The position numbers were made by a program, and so were the translations under genes. DNA of 64,000 nt from Azolla caroliniana (lineage: Eukaryota > Plantae > Polypodiophyta): contig JBHGNT010000006.1 of NCBI GenBank assembly GCA_043228905.1, positions 18,724,001 through 18,788,000 of the forward strand, written 5' to 3'. Positions 52,530 to 64,000 of this stretch are shown piece after piece. The notes under the pieces are model-generated. The model had not been told where the DNA came from. It ran no database searches and worked only from the letters and a program-made list of their open reading frames with translations. Each line of letters opens with the position of its first letter. Position 1 is the stretch's first letter.

Positions 52530-52573
52530 GGTTGTGGATTCGACGTACAAGGTACTGTCCCACGGGCGTGCCA
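52530..52573 (+). other. tRNA-Arg-like 3'-end motif in the PPT position
   Basis: GGTTGTGGATTCGA-C-GTAC-AAG-GTAC-T-GTCCCACGGGCGTGCCA-TG, then LTR at 52576. Confidence 0.85.
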
Positions 52574-53536
52574 TGTGGTACCGGCCGGCAAAGGAGTCCA
52601 GAGTGGGAAACGGAGAGTTAATTGAGTAGTAGGAATATGGTTGTAAGTAAGCTACGAGTGTGGACGGACGGACCGGAATCGGTATGCCGTTCCGGATCCG
52701 GACCGATCCCGAACAGGTGCGGATGGCACCGTTTTGTAATACAGACCGGAAACCTATTTAAAGGCCCGGATACAATGTAATAGTTAGCGGTGAATTAATA
52801 AAAGCTTAGCGTTATTATCTATCTATGTTAATTGCCGTTCTGTCTTAATTGTTATATCTTACGCGTGTATTTATGAAAGACGATCATAATAAGTAACTTA
52901 ATTAAGTCAGATTAAGCGTTGAAGTCTAATCCGGTTGCCGTAACACCCTTTGGTGAAGTGTCTCCCGTAGACACCCTGTGTTAGGCCATTGTTCGGCCCG
53001 AAGAGTTAACAGGTAGCGTTGGAGCCGACATACAAGGACTTCCTGGCGTGGGAGCAATGAGTGAGCATAGTGCTATACTGCCTCGCATCCTGTGTGCAAG
53101 ATTAGATGCTCGACTACATCAAAGACGCAAAGTCACCGAAGGAGGCCTGGGAAAATCTCTAAAAGATTTTCGCCGCCAGTACCACAGCCCGTAAGTTGCA
53201 GCTCCGGCAAGAGCCCAACAACATCCGGCAGAGAGACAGGTCGGTTACGGACTATACCACCAATCAAGATAAAGGAGATCTGTGACACACTTGAGTCCAT
53301 CAACGTGACCATGGACAAGGACGAGATGGTCCAGAGGTAGTCGAGCCCATCAACGTGACCGTGGACAAGGACGAGATGGTCCAAATCTACCTCGGTGGCC
53401 TAACATAGAGGTACGAGCCAATCCAAACACCGAGTTGCACCCGGGAGAAACCACCATCCTTCTTCGACCTACAATCAATGGTAATGGTCGAAGAAAACCA
53501 TGCGAGTGGGTCGAGGACCACTCTGTCATAGACATA

Positions 53537-54244
53537 TGACACGGAGGAAGCTAGGGATTGAACCCAAGACCTCGTGGTCTCTATTGGGCAACCCTACCAA
53601 TTGAGTTACCTATGCATCCTTGTCCAACTTCATGTAGTGTAGATTGAACATTGGAAGTTTCTAGCTTGCATACATTCTCATGCATTCTCTGTTGCATGCA
53701 TCCTCATGCATCCTCTTGCATTCTCCATTGCATGCATCCTCTATTTCTTGTTGGCTTACATAGGCCAACCTTGGTGTATAAATACTTAGGTGCACCTTGA
53801 TTCTAATCAAGGTGAACAACACCAGTTACGGATTCTATAATTTGAGTTCTTGTTCTTTTCCTCTCTCTTGTGTTCTAGTCTAGTCTTCTCTTTGCTCTAT
53901 TATACTTGTATGTGACAATTTGTTCACCTTCCCTTCTTGCTACCATGTCCGGCTCCGTCGACAACCTAAACCAAATCATGACAGCCTTGCAACAACTTCA
54001 GTTAGAGAATGAAATCCTTTGGGAATCATTATGAGAGTTGCAATCCGGCATTTCAAGAAATCCACCACCCGCCGAGTCACAACCACTGTCGACACCGAGC
54101 CTGACCACGTCCTCTTCCCATCCATATGTCCTCGAACCAACCATCAGCCTACCGGACAAATTCAACGGCACGAGGGCGTATCTTCGCACCTTCATCAACC
54201 AAATTCAGCTTATCATCCGATTACAACCCCAACGGTATGCTAGT
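53537..54244 (+). mobile_element. Tf1/Tcn1-like Ty3/gypsy 5' fragment (LTR 53537-53917 and gag start)
   Basis: TGACAC...TGTGACA ends, TATAAATA at 53777, gag from 53945 with LPDKFNGTRAYLRTFINQIQL. No tRNA PBS; 53920-53930 is complementary to 53809-53819. Confidence 0.75.
53545..53612 (-). other. tRNA-derived Pol III A-box/B-box-like sequence
   Basis: Minus strand GGTAACTCAATTGGTAGG...GAGGTCTTGGGTTCAATCCCTAG at tRNA-like spacing. No clean cloverleaf seen. Confidence 0.7.
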
Positions 54245-55170
54245 TGTTTGTCGGCCGGCAAGGGAAGTTCAGGATGGGGAAAGACGTATAATTAATAACC
54301 GGGAGCTGATTATTTATAATATAGAATTATTATGATTTTGAGAAGCGAACGGACGGACCCCGAATCAGTATGTCGATCCAGATCCGGACCGATTCGTAGC
54401 CGGTTGCCGGTTGGCACCGGTTTGTATCATTAGCTGGAGACCTATAAAAGGGCCTGGTTAGATTGTAATCAGGAGCGGATAATTAGTAGAGTGTTGTTGT
54501 TCTGTATCTTAATCCTTGTTAATTACCGTTCAGTGCTAAGTGTAATTCAGCTTACGCGTGTATTGTGACTAATGATCTTGCCGATTAGTAACCAATTATC
54601 ATTAATAGTTCGGTCTAAGTTTATCTCACCACAACACCCTTTGGTGAAGTGTCTCAAGGGACACCCTATGTTAGGCCATTGTCCGGCCCTAGCGATAACA
54701 CAGTTTTTGGCGACCACAATTCCTGCACAAACACAGCGAACAACGGCGGGAATGGATGACTAGACCAACGAATGACCCGGTTACGGAGCGAGCAAGAAGA
54801 CTTGCCGAACGATTGCGGAAGTGAGAGGCTTTCCAGCAGGCGGCAGAAGAGATCCTTGCGGATCGATCATTTTCCAAAGTAATCCAACGAGTGGCCGCGG
54901 AGTCACTCCGCGTGCAGCAGACTCCCCACCCGGACAACTTGAGCAGTCTCCGGGACACGGAATCCATTTTGCAAGCATTACCGATAGGGGAAGGCACTTC
55001 GGAACCGTTCTCGGCCTTCAAATCAGATTCAGACGGCGAATGTAGCGTCCATTCGAATTACCGTAGTAGCCACGACACCCCAAACGGACCAGAGGACGAG
55101 TAGTCGGATACCTTACTGACACTAGAACCGGAGTTAACAGAACTGGAAAGCCTAGAATGGAAAAACCTCC
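54245..55170 (+). mobile_element. Gypsy 5' LTR, PBS and gag start (relative of the 43139 family), truncated
   Basis: LTR about 54245-54700 homologous to the 43139 LTR, PBS TGGCGACCAC at 54708, gag MTRPTNDPVTERARRLAER from 54756. Confidence 0.85.
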
Positions 55171-55180
55171 GTGTTACCGA

Positions 55181-58100
55181 TTAGGAACACGGTCTACGGT
55201 CAGTCCTTCGACCTAGACCTCCAAGTGACTGTGTGACAACGAATGGTAGCGTCTGTACGTAATACTTAGTGGGCTTGTTGGGTTGTGCTGCCGGCAAGCC
55301 TCGGGGTGGGAATAGTACCGTCAGGTACGGTTGTATGATAGGCCAGAGCTTTTTGCCTCCTTGATACGCGTGCAGGCCTTCCCTTAACATCGGCCCTGTG
55401 ATGACCCCCCAATCGACCGTACGCCCTTCAAAGGTATCAATGATGATACCTGCCTTCTCCTTGGGCATCCCATATGCGTTTAGATGTACGCATCCGACCT
55501 CTAATAGGAATTTGGCGATTTCGTGGAAAAAGGGATCCGGGATCTCCTTCGTTCTATATGCCTTGGCGGATGACGAATATGGACCGAAATACCTCTGCAG
55601 GGACTCTGCAGGAGGGATTTCGAAATGCCTTTCACCTAGTGATGACAGGTCCAACTTTTTCCGGATGGATGAGTTGGTGACCGTGTCGATGTTGAGCTTT
55701 CTGGCGATGTCCAATGCATCAAGGTGTGGAGGTGCCTCCGCGACCCTAATGTACCCATCCAAGCGTTTCTCCACGACCCATCAACGCAAGGCGGTAGAGA
55801 TGAATATCGGCATAGTGGGAATAGGGTCGTGGCTAGGGGGTGAAGACTGTTGGTGGCGGTGGGCTTGAGCTCTATGATAGGATGGAGAAGAAGGTGAGGA
55901 AGGGGAGCGATGATAGCGCTAAGAGTTAGGAGGTTGATTTATGCATTGTGCAGAAAACCTTCTCTTTCCTTCTTTTTGTGGCCTAGGGTTCATTGGTCGG
56001 TGAGCCATCATGGTGCCACGTGTTCTTGGTCTAGAAGTGTGTGCATGCCTTAAGTCCTTTTAATAGTGTCGCTAGCTTCTCTTATTTTTTTTCTCTTTTT
56101 TTTCTCTTTTTTTCGTAACAATTACATACAAGCCTATTTTTACACTATAATACAAGTGGGGCCATGCTGTCTACTTACTCCGCGGATTCTCTGGCTTTGT
56201 CCTGTCCGGCGGGGAACGGGTTAGGTGGCGTAGGTCCCAGATAAGGTTTAAGGCGAAACCCATTTACTTTCTATCGTAACACTTCCCCGGCCAACGTGCC
56301 CAGTTGAAATGTGCCTTGTTCCGCTCCTACTATCCAGTACAAGTCTGTCCAGCGGAATCGTAATTTTCCTGGCATGTGCCCCATGCGGGTTTGGAAAACC
56401 AATACCGCTCTACCGATCGCAAAATCTTTTTCCCGTGCATTCCGATGTCGATCCACAAACGCTTTACACCGTCGTTGTTCCTGCTACAACACAACCATGC
56501 TGTGTACGCGTTTTTCGCCGAGTTCGACTAGCTGGTGCAATCGTACTTCCTCCGACTTGGCTTCAAATAGTTGGTCCCGTACTTGAATCCGTAAACTGGG
56601 TATCTGAAATTCAACCGGCATAACGGCCTCCAGCCCAAACGATAGTCGAAACGGTGTTGATTGTATGTTGGTTTTGTAGCTAGTCCTGTACGCCCATAAC
56701 GCACTGTGTAATTTAGTATCCCAGTCCGTTCTATTTTCATTGATGGTTTTCTTTAATATGGTCTGCAATGTCTTGTTGGTGGATTCCGCCAACCCATTCG
56801 CCTGTGGGTAATATGGCGTACTCTTCTTGTGGACCACGGCATAATGATGTGTTAGTTCACGAACCGCCATATTGAGAAAGTGGCTCCTCTGATCGCTAAT
56901 AAGCTCAATCGGACAACCAAACTGACACTAGATGTGTTCGTAAAGGAATCTCGTCGTGACAGCCGCCGTATTCTCCCGTAGTGCCTTTGCTTCTACCCAC
57001 TTGGTGCAATAATCCGTGGCCACCAATATGTATTTATTGCCCATACGGGCTGCCGCTGGTGTGAAGGGGCCTACAAAATCCAATCCCCACTTTTGGAAGG
57101 GATCTAATGGCAATACGGGCTGGTGTGACATTCTTGCGCCCTCCGTGGGTTGGCCCATCCGTTGACACAAATCGCACTTTGTGCAATAATCATACGCATC
57201 CTTCTGTGTAGTTGGCCACCATAGGCTTGCTTGCCATATTTTCCGGGCCGTAACATCACCCGCGTAATGTCCGCCTGCCGTGCCGCAGTGAGCCTCCCAT
57301 AAGACCGCTTCTTTCTCATCCTGACGTGCATCGCGTCGCCAAATGCCATCATTGCCTTTGTGATATAAGATTCCTTCTACCAGGCAGAAGTTACGGCTCC
57401 GGACGGCTAATCGTTTCTTCTCGTCCATGCGTAATTGCGGTGGGGGCAACCCCGTAGTCAAAAAGTAGGTCATTTCCATGAGCCACCGGTCCAGAAATGT
57501 CTTTTCCATTAGTTCTGTTAGTGCTGCTACCTGCAGAATGTCTGCATCCGCAAAGTCGTCTTCATCCCTTTGCGTTGTTTCTCCATTATCGAGTCTGCTC
57601 AAAAAATCTGCCACTGCGTGTTGCGTACCCGGCTGGTGCTGAATTACAAAATCGAATTCTTGAAGCAGCAACATCCATCTCGCCAATTTCCCCGTCAACG
57701 CTTGTTTCTCCACCAAATACAGCAGTGCCGAATGATCCCACGTGAAACGTGAATTTCCGCCCTAGCAAATAATGCCGGAATTTATTGATGATGTAGATCA
57801 TCCCCAACGCCTCCCGTTCCGTTGTGGAATAGTTACGCTCCGCCGTTGATAATTTCTGACTAGCGTAGTACACCGACCGGTACCAATTCAGCTCTGTGAC
57901 CTACATTAGCGCACTTCCTATTGCTATGTCCGAGGCATCTACGAACACGTGGAATGGCTTCGCCCAAACTGGTGGCTATACGACGGGTGCCGGCGTGAGC
58001 ATTCCTTTAGCGCATCATATGCCTTTTCTTCTGTCACTATCCATTGGAAGGGGGTCCGGTGCCAAATCTTGTATCATCCGCCAAATCTTGTATCATCTGA

Positions 58101-60480
58101 CTGTGCCATCGTATTTGTCCTAAATTATGGCTGAGTGATTTCGCATTTGTCGGAGTTTTGGCTTGAGTAATCGCAGAGATTTTATTCGAATCGACCGCTA
58201 TCCCTTCCTTGCTGACTATATGGCCTAGGAGAGCCCCGTTGATAACGCCAAAGGCACATTTGGCGGGATTTAGGCTTAAGCGTGCGGTGCGGCAACGTTC
58301 CATAAAATGGTCGGTTGTTCTCCCATATACCGCAAAATCGTCTAAACAAACTTGCATGAAGGCCGGAATGTATTCCCCAAAAATCTCCGTGATTGTCAGT
58401 TGAAATGTCGTCGGCGCCGTCTTTAGCCTGAACATCATGACGACTGCCACATAGACTACCCAGTCCGTGACAAATGGCGACTTCTCTTGGTCATCGGGGT
58501 GCATGCGTACTTGGTTGTACCCACTGAAGCCATCTAAAAAACTATACATGTCATGCCCTGCGACGACGTCCAGTACGCTATCGGTGAATGGTAAGGGAAT
58601 GCGTCTGTAATGGTTACGACGTTTAATTTTCGGTAGTCCACGCATACCCGTATTTTGCCATTTTTCTTTGGTACGACTATGATCGGGCTTAACCATGTAG
58701 ATTGTTTAATTGGCCGTATGAATCCTGCCTTCAGGAGTTTGTCAATTTCTTCATTTACGCGGGCCGCGTAGTTTGGGTTCATGCGGTAGCGACGCTGCTG
58801 GACCAGTTTCGCGTCAGTTGCTAAATTAATCTTATGTTGATAGAACTTTGGATCTGACCCATTCATGTCCTCGTGGGCCCAGGAAAACACATCTTTATAC
58901 TTCTTGAGTAGTACAATCATCGCATCTCTCTGGTCCGGCCTTAATTCCTTTGTGATGGAGAGGAAACGGGGTTTTGATGTCGTACCCATGTTTACTTCTT
59001 TCAGGGTTGAGGGGATGACTCGCTGTGAAATTTCCATTTCCCTCTCGAACGTTGCCCGTGCTCTGCTTAGTTCTAATATTGACTTCGGGTTTGGTTCGTA
59101 AGCCTCGTCGTGGAGTGTAGTGGTTGTGGCATATTCCATCGCGGTTTCGATGACGTCGATTTCGAACAGCGGAATAATCCGAGGGTGCTCGTCTAGGTAT
59201 GCCTCTAATTCTGTATCATCCACCCCAACCAGCATATTTATGTCTTCCGCGTACAATGGTGTTATGCCCTTGGGTTGTGCCACCATTTCCTTCGTTGGTA
59301 CGCGGACCTTGGTGCGTCCGCGTCGAAAACTGATACACTTGTGTTGCCAGCTCTGCTTGATATTCGTTGAACAAAGCCACGGTCTGCCCAGCAGCACAGG
59401 GTACGCCCTGGGGCATCCAGGGTGAGGACTACCGCCGAGATGTCAAAGCGATGTCCGCCCACAATAATGCCTACCTTACGTATCAACCCCAATGGTCGTA
59501 TTGAGCAGGTATTTGCCATGCGGAGCCAGAATGGGCAAGCTTCCCATTCTGAAATTCCCAATTGTTCACATGTCTTCGCGCTAATTACATTAACGCTTGA
59601 GCCGCCATCGATTACGCATCATGGGATTTCCTGACCATGTAATATCAACTTAATAGCCGGGTTGTTGTGATCCACCACTGTCGGTCCGTCACTAATATAC
59701 GTGAAATTCGTGGCGACACTTACCCCAGGTCTGCCCGTCACCCGCTCTTCCACGGCCTGGCGGAATCGTGGGACTAGTTGCGGCAGCTTCTCCATGTTTA
59801 ATGTTATCTCAAAGCCTGGCAATGCTTGCCAAATGGGGTCCGGGATGGTCCCTCGTCCTCCAATAGTTCCACCGTGTTTGCGGATTCCTTCCGCATGCGC
59901 TCCGCGTTTGTCGCATTTGCTTTTTCAACCCATGCCTGGGTTGTTCGCCATATCTCATCTTGCGTGGTCCAATCAGCTGTTTTTGTTTGCTGACGTGTCG
60001 TGACTTGCTGCACTTCCGCCGTAATCGTATTGACAGCGGGCCCCTTGCCCTTTCGTACTAGGCATTGTGTGGCATAATGTCCGAGCTGTTGACAAACAAA
60101 ACAATGGATGTTAGATTCGCCCTTCTCGGCCCCTCGTGGTGTGTACCGATCCCCCGGTGTGACTTGCTCCTCCCGGTCCTGCTTCGTTTGTCGGAGCGTA
60201 CGCGGTGGTTATTGTTGGTCCCGGCGTGGTTCCTGGTGCCGATCATCGCCTGAACTTTCGTCATATCACCGGTGGTTCCGATATTGCCGATGCTTTCCGC
60301 GAGGTCCATTGAAGCCGCCACGTTTGTTTGTCGGCCGGTAATTCTCATAGCGTCGGCCCCCTTTAGTATGTCTGGGGTGGCCACGATAGTCTTCATCCTC
60401 TAGCTCGTCTTCCCGGGAATCGTTGTGATTCCAGCGATTCCGGTAGTGTCGGTCGTCGCGTGGATTGTGATCCATATACC
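55181..60480 (-). mobile_element. Degenerate non-chromovirus gypsy internal region (gag end, pol, start of ORF2)
   Basis: Protease, RT (58037-59397), RNase H and integrase (56271-57873), ORF2 homologue 55181-55774 (RYFGPY, VDWGVI). Cut by the copia at 60481. Confidence 0.9.
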
Positions 60481-63400
60481 TGACAGGAACTCAACGCTCC
60501 TTATGCACAAAGCTCGGCCACAACCGAGATTCTTTTCATACACAGAAAACAGGAAACGAAAAAAAACACGACTCAAAGGAGAGGAAGGTACACAGGAGGT
60601 TTACGTGGAAAACCCAAAGAGGGAAAAACCACGGCAGCCCACAGGCTGCAAACTGTCACTATGTGGGAATGTACAACAGTGAGTTCACTGAGGCAACGAC
60701 CTCGTGCACACAGATCTTCGCCACAGGCAGCGGTTACAACAGAGGCAACGACCTCTTTCTCTCTCTCTCTCTCTCTCTGTGTACACTATTACGTGCTCTC
60801 TCTTCTTCTTGCACCAACAGGGAAAAATGACAACAACAACAGTTACTAAAAGTTTGCCCTAAGTCATATTTATACTAATATGACTTTTCGGCTATTTACA
60901 AATGTAGCCTCGATGGGCTCTCAGAAACATATTTACGAATATGTCTCTTCATCCGGTTCTCACCGGGTCTGTACCATCCGGCTCTCCGTAGCCGGGTACT
61001 CCTCATTCGGTTCATACCGGGCCTGCACCATCCGGCTCTCTGTAGCCGGGTACTCCTCATCCGGTTCATATCGGGCCTGCACCATCCGGCTCTCCGTAGC
61101 CGGGTACTCCTCATCCGGTTCATACTGGGTCTGCACCATCCGGCTCTCCGTAGCCAGGTACTCCTCATCGGGTTCATACCGGGCCTGCACCATCCGGCTC
61201 TCCGTAGTCGGGTACTCCTCATCCGGTTCATCGGCACTGTTATTCTTCCTTCCCATCCGGAGGGACCTGTTTCCCAACAAACTCCCCCTTCACTTCGGCA
61301 TGGGGTGTCTTACCAGCCCGATCTTCTTACGGCATGCGTTCAGCTTGTCGGGTGTCAACACTTTGGTCAGCATATCTGACCCGTTCTCGGTCGTGTGGAT
61401 CTTCGTCAGTGCGAACTCCTGGTCATCCACTCTTTCCCGGATCCAGTGATACCTCCGCTGGATATGCTTCGTCCGGGAATGGTAGGCCGCATTCTTAGCA
61501 AGGTGGATGGCACTTTGACTGTCGCAGTAGAGTCGGTATTCCTCTTGCCGGATACCGAGCTCTCCGATGAAGTCCTTCATCCATAATATTTCCTTGCCGG
61601 CTTCCACAGCCGCCATGTACTCCACCTCTATGGTTGACAATGCAACCGTCTTCTGCAACCACGACTGCCACGAAACAGCTCCCCCTGCATATGTCATCAC
61701 ATACCCGGATGTAGACCGGCTGGTATCCACATCAGCCGACATGTCTAAATCGGTGAAACCATCCAGTTGAGGTTTTCCGGAGCCGAATCGGAGACACATA
61801 TTTGAAGTGCCCTTCAAATACCAGAGTATCCACTTGACCGCGTTCCAGTGCTCCTTGCCGGGATTGCTCATAAACCGGCTCACCACTCCAACTGCGTTTC
61901 CAATATCCGGTCGGGTACACACCATTGCGTACATCAAGCTCCCGACGGCAGAGGCATATGGGATCTTCATCATATCCGCCTTCTCTGCTTTCGTCTTCGG
62001 ACTTTGCTTACTGGATAGCTTGCAGTTTGCCGAAAGTGTCGATCCAACCGGTTTCACATCTGACATGTTGAACCGGTGAAGCACCTTTGTCAGGTACTTC
62101 TCCTGTGACAGGCATAATTGCTTCTTTGAGCGGTCCCGAATGATGTGCATCCCCAGCATCTGCCTTGCCGGACCCAAGTCTTTCATTGAGAAGGTCCGGT
62201 TGAGAGCCTTCTTCAGCATCCGTATTTTTACTTGGTCTTGTCCGACGATCAACATGTCATCCACGTACACGAGGAGTATCAGGAAGTCCCCTCCTTCGAA
62301 CTTCTTCACAAACACGCAATGATCGGCCTACGTCTTGTGGTACCCTTGATCGGTCATGAAGGAGTCGAACTTCCGGTACCATTGCCGGGGAGCCTGCTTC
62401 AGTCCGTACAGGCTCTTCTCCAACCGGCATACCAGGTGCTCCTTCCCTTTCTCCACAAATCCTTCCGGTTGCTTCATATAGATCTCCTCTTCGAGGTCGC
62501 CGTGAAGGAATGTCGTCTTCACGTCAAGCTGCTATACCTCGAGGTCCATGCTTGCTGCTATACTCAGCACCGTCCGGATGGAGGTCATCTTTACTCCCGG
62601 GGAAAATATCTCGTCGAAGTCCACGCCCTTCTTCTGCTGGAACCCCTTCACCACGATCCTGGCTTTGTATCTCGAGGGGTTGCCGGCATCTCCCAGTTTC
62701 AACTTGTACACCCACTTGTTTCGGAGTGCCCGCTTTCCTTTCGGCAACTCCACCAATTCGTACGTATGGTTCTCATGCAAGGAATCCATCTCCTCCTGCA
62801 TGGCACTTAACCATTTTCGGCTGTGGGTGTCTTCCTTCACTTCTTCGAAGCTTTCCGGCTCCCCCTCATCGGTCAGCAGAACATGCTCTGCATCCGGAAA
62901 TGTCCGGGGCGCCCTTCTCTCTCTGAGAGGATATCTACGTCTTCGGGCTTCGGTAACCGGCTCCTCCATTTGCTCTTCATCCGAATCCGATTCGGGGTCT
63001 TGGCCGGTTCCGGTCTCAGCTTCCTCTACTTCTTCATCTGCCGGTTCGGTATACTCACCGTAACCGGCTGGTTCCTCGAGTGCTAACCGATCTCTTGCCG
63101 GTTGGGTCTGCTCATCGTAGAGTCTATCCTTACCGGTCGACTCGGAGTTCATTATCTTCTTCTCCGACTCCCAGTCGGCGAGCGTCTTGTCCTCCATGAA
63201 GATAATATCTCGACTCCGGAATACCTTCTTGTCGACCGGGTCCCACACTCGGTAGCCGAACTCATCGTCACCGTAACCGAGGAATATGCATGGCCGGGTC
63301 TTTGGATCTAGCTTTCCTCTCCGGTCCTTAGCTACATGCACGTACGCGAGACACCCGAACACCTTCAGATGCCGGTAGGATACTTCCTTACCGGTCCACA

Positions 63401-64000
63401 CTCTCTGTGGCGTGTCTCCGTCCAAGGGTACAGAGGGTGATCTATTTATCACGTATGTCGCCGTCGACAGTGCCTCAGCCCAAAACTTCTTGGGTAGTTT
63501 TGCATGCGCTAGCATACTCCTTTCGAGCCGGAGTCCTTTCGAGCGGCAGTACTCCTCGAACTGCCCCCGGTACTCTCCTCCGTTATCTGCTCGAACCGCC
63601 TTCAGCTTCCGGTCGGTTTCTCTTTCCACTCTCGCGTGGAGCTCTTTGAAGACGGATAACACCTGATCCTTTGTCTTCAACGGTGTGGCCCACAGCTTCC
63701 GGTTGTGGTCATCTATGAACGTCACGAAGTACTGCGATCCGGCATGTGACTTCGTGTCTACTTGACACACATCCGTATGCACCAACTCCAGTGGTGCATT
63801 ACGTCTCATCAGTGGCCTTGGTCGGAAGGAGGTCCGGTTCTGCTTACCGGCCAGACAATCAATGCACTTCTCTAACTGCACGTTCTTCATAGGAATGAGG
63901 TTGTCGTCTGTAAGCCTCTTCATCCCCTTCTCGCTCATATGACACAGCCTCTTGTGCCACAGCTCACCGGCAGTGTCGGATGCCACGTTCACTTCTTCCG
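60481..64000 (-). mobile_element. Tnt1-like Ty1/copia element, copy 3, running off the window
   Basis: 3' LTR 60481-61279 with five 54-bp units, PPT, RT/RNase H 61290-62522, integrase 62532-63992. Confidence 0.95.

Larger units (their letters stand above)
43139..53011 (+). mobile_element. Full-length non-chromovirus (Athila/OTA-like) Ty3/gypsy element, TSD GGTAG
   Basis: 436-bp LTRs 43139-43574 and 52576-53011 (about 11 differences by eye), GGTAG at 43134-43138 and 53012-53016, PBS TGGCGACCACG at 43582. Confidence 0.97.
42519..53530 (+). mobile_element. Copia 5' fragment (relative of 8405-10015) split by the gypsy insertion
   Basis: LTR from TGTTGAGCGG at 42519; gag MASSLPIEKLNRNNYASWSYKMHQYLFGQGYWSYVEGANEV from 43014 continues after 53016. 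Confidence 0.85.

Noticed and set aside
52530-52573. A real tRNA gene
   Set aside because: No D arm, anticodon arm or 5' acceptor strand upstream, and the T-loop is interrupted.

Overview
Plant nuclear DNA, probably from a non-seed plant such as a fern or lycophyte (inferred from element types). It is about 90% nested, mostly degenerate LTR retrotransposons around one intact three-exon host gene encoding a TPR-like protein (minus strand, 41008-39329). It holds three copies of a Tnt1-like Ty1/copia family, solo LTRs, two full-length non-chromovirus (Athila/OTA-like) Ty3/gypsy elements with TSDs (18545-33589 minus; 43139-53011 plus), fragments of related gypsy families, a Tf1/Tcn1-like self-priming LTR, and a ~2.3-kb duplication. 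Most notable: three different gypsy families have no polypurine tract. In its place, 2 nt upstream of the 3' LTR, is a sense-strand copy of a tRNA-Arg-like 3' end (T-arm, acceptor 3' strand, CCA) whose T-loop carries an inserted hairpin with compensatory changes. This suggests a tRNA-primed or tRNA-mimic mode of plus-strand priming. The same elements carry a ~900-aa extra 3' ORF with a conserved SILDILxE[EK]-stop terminus. All calls were made by eye; no database search was run.
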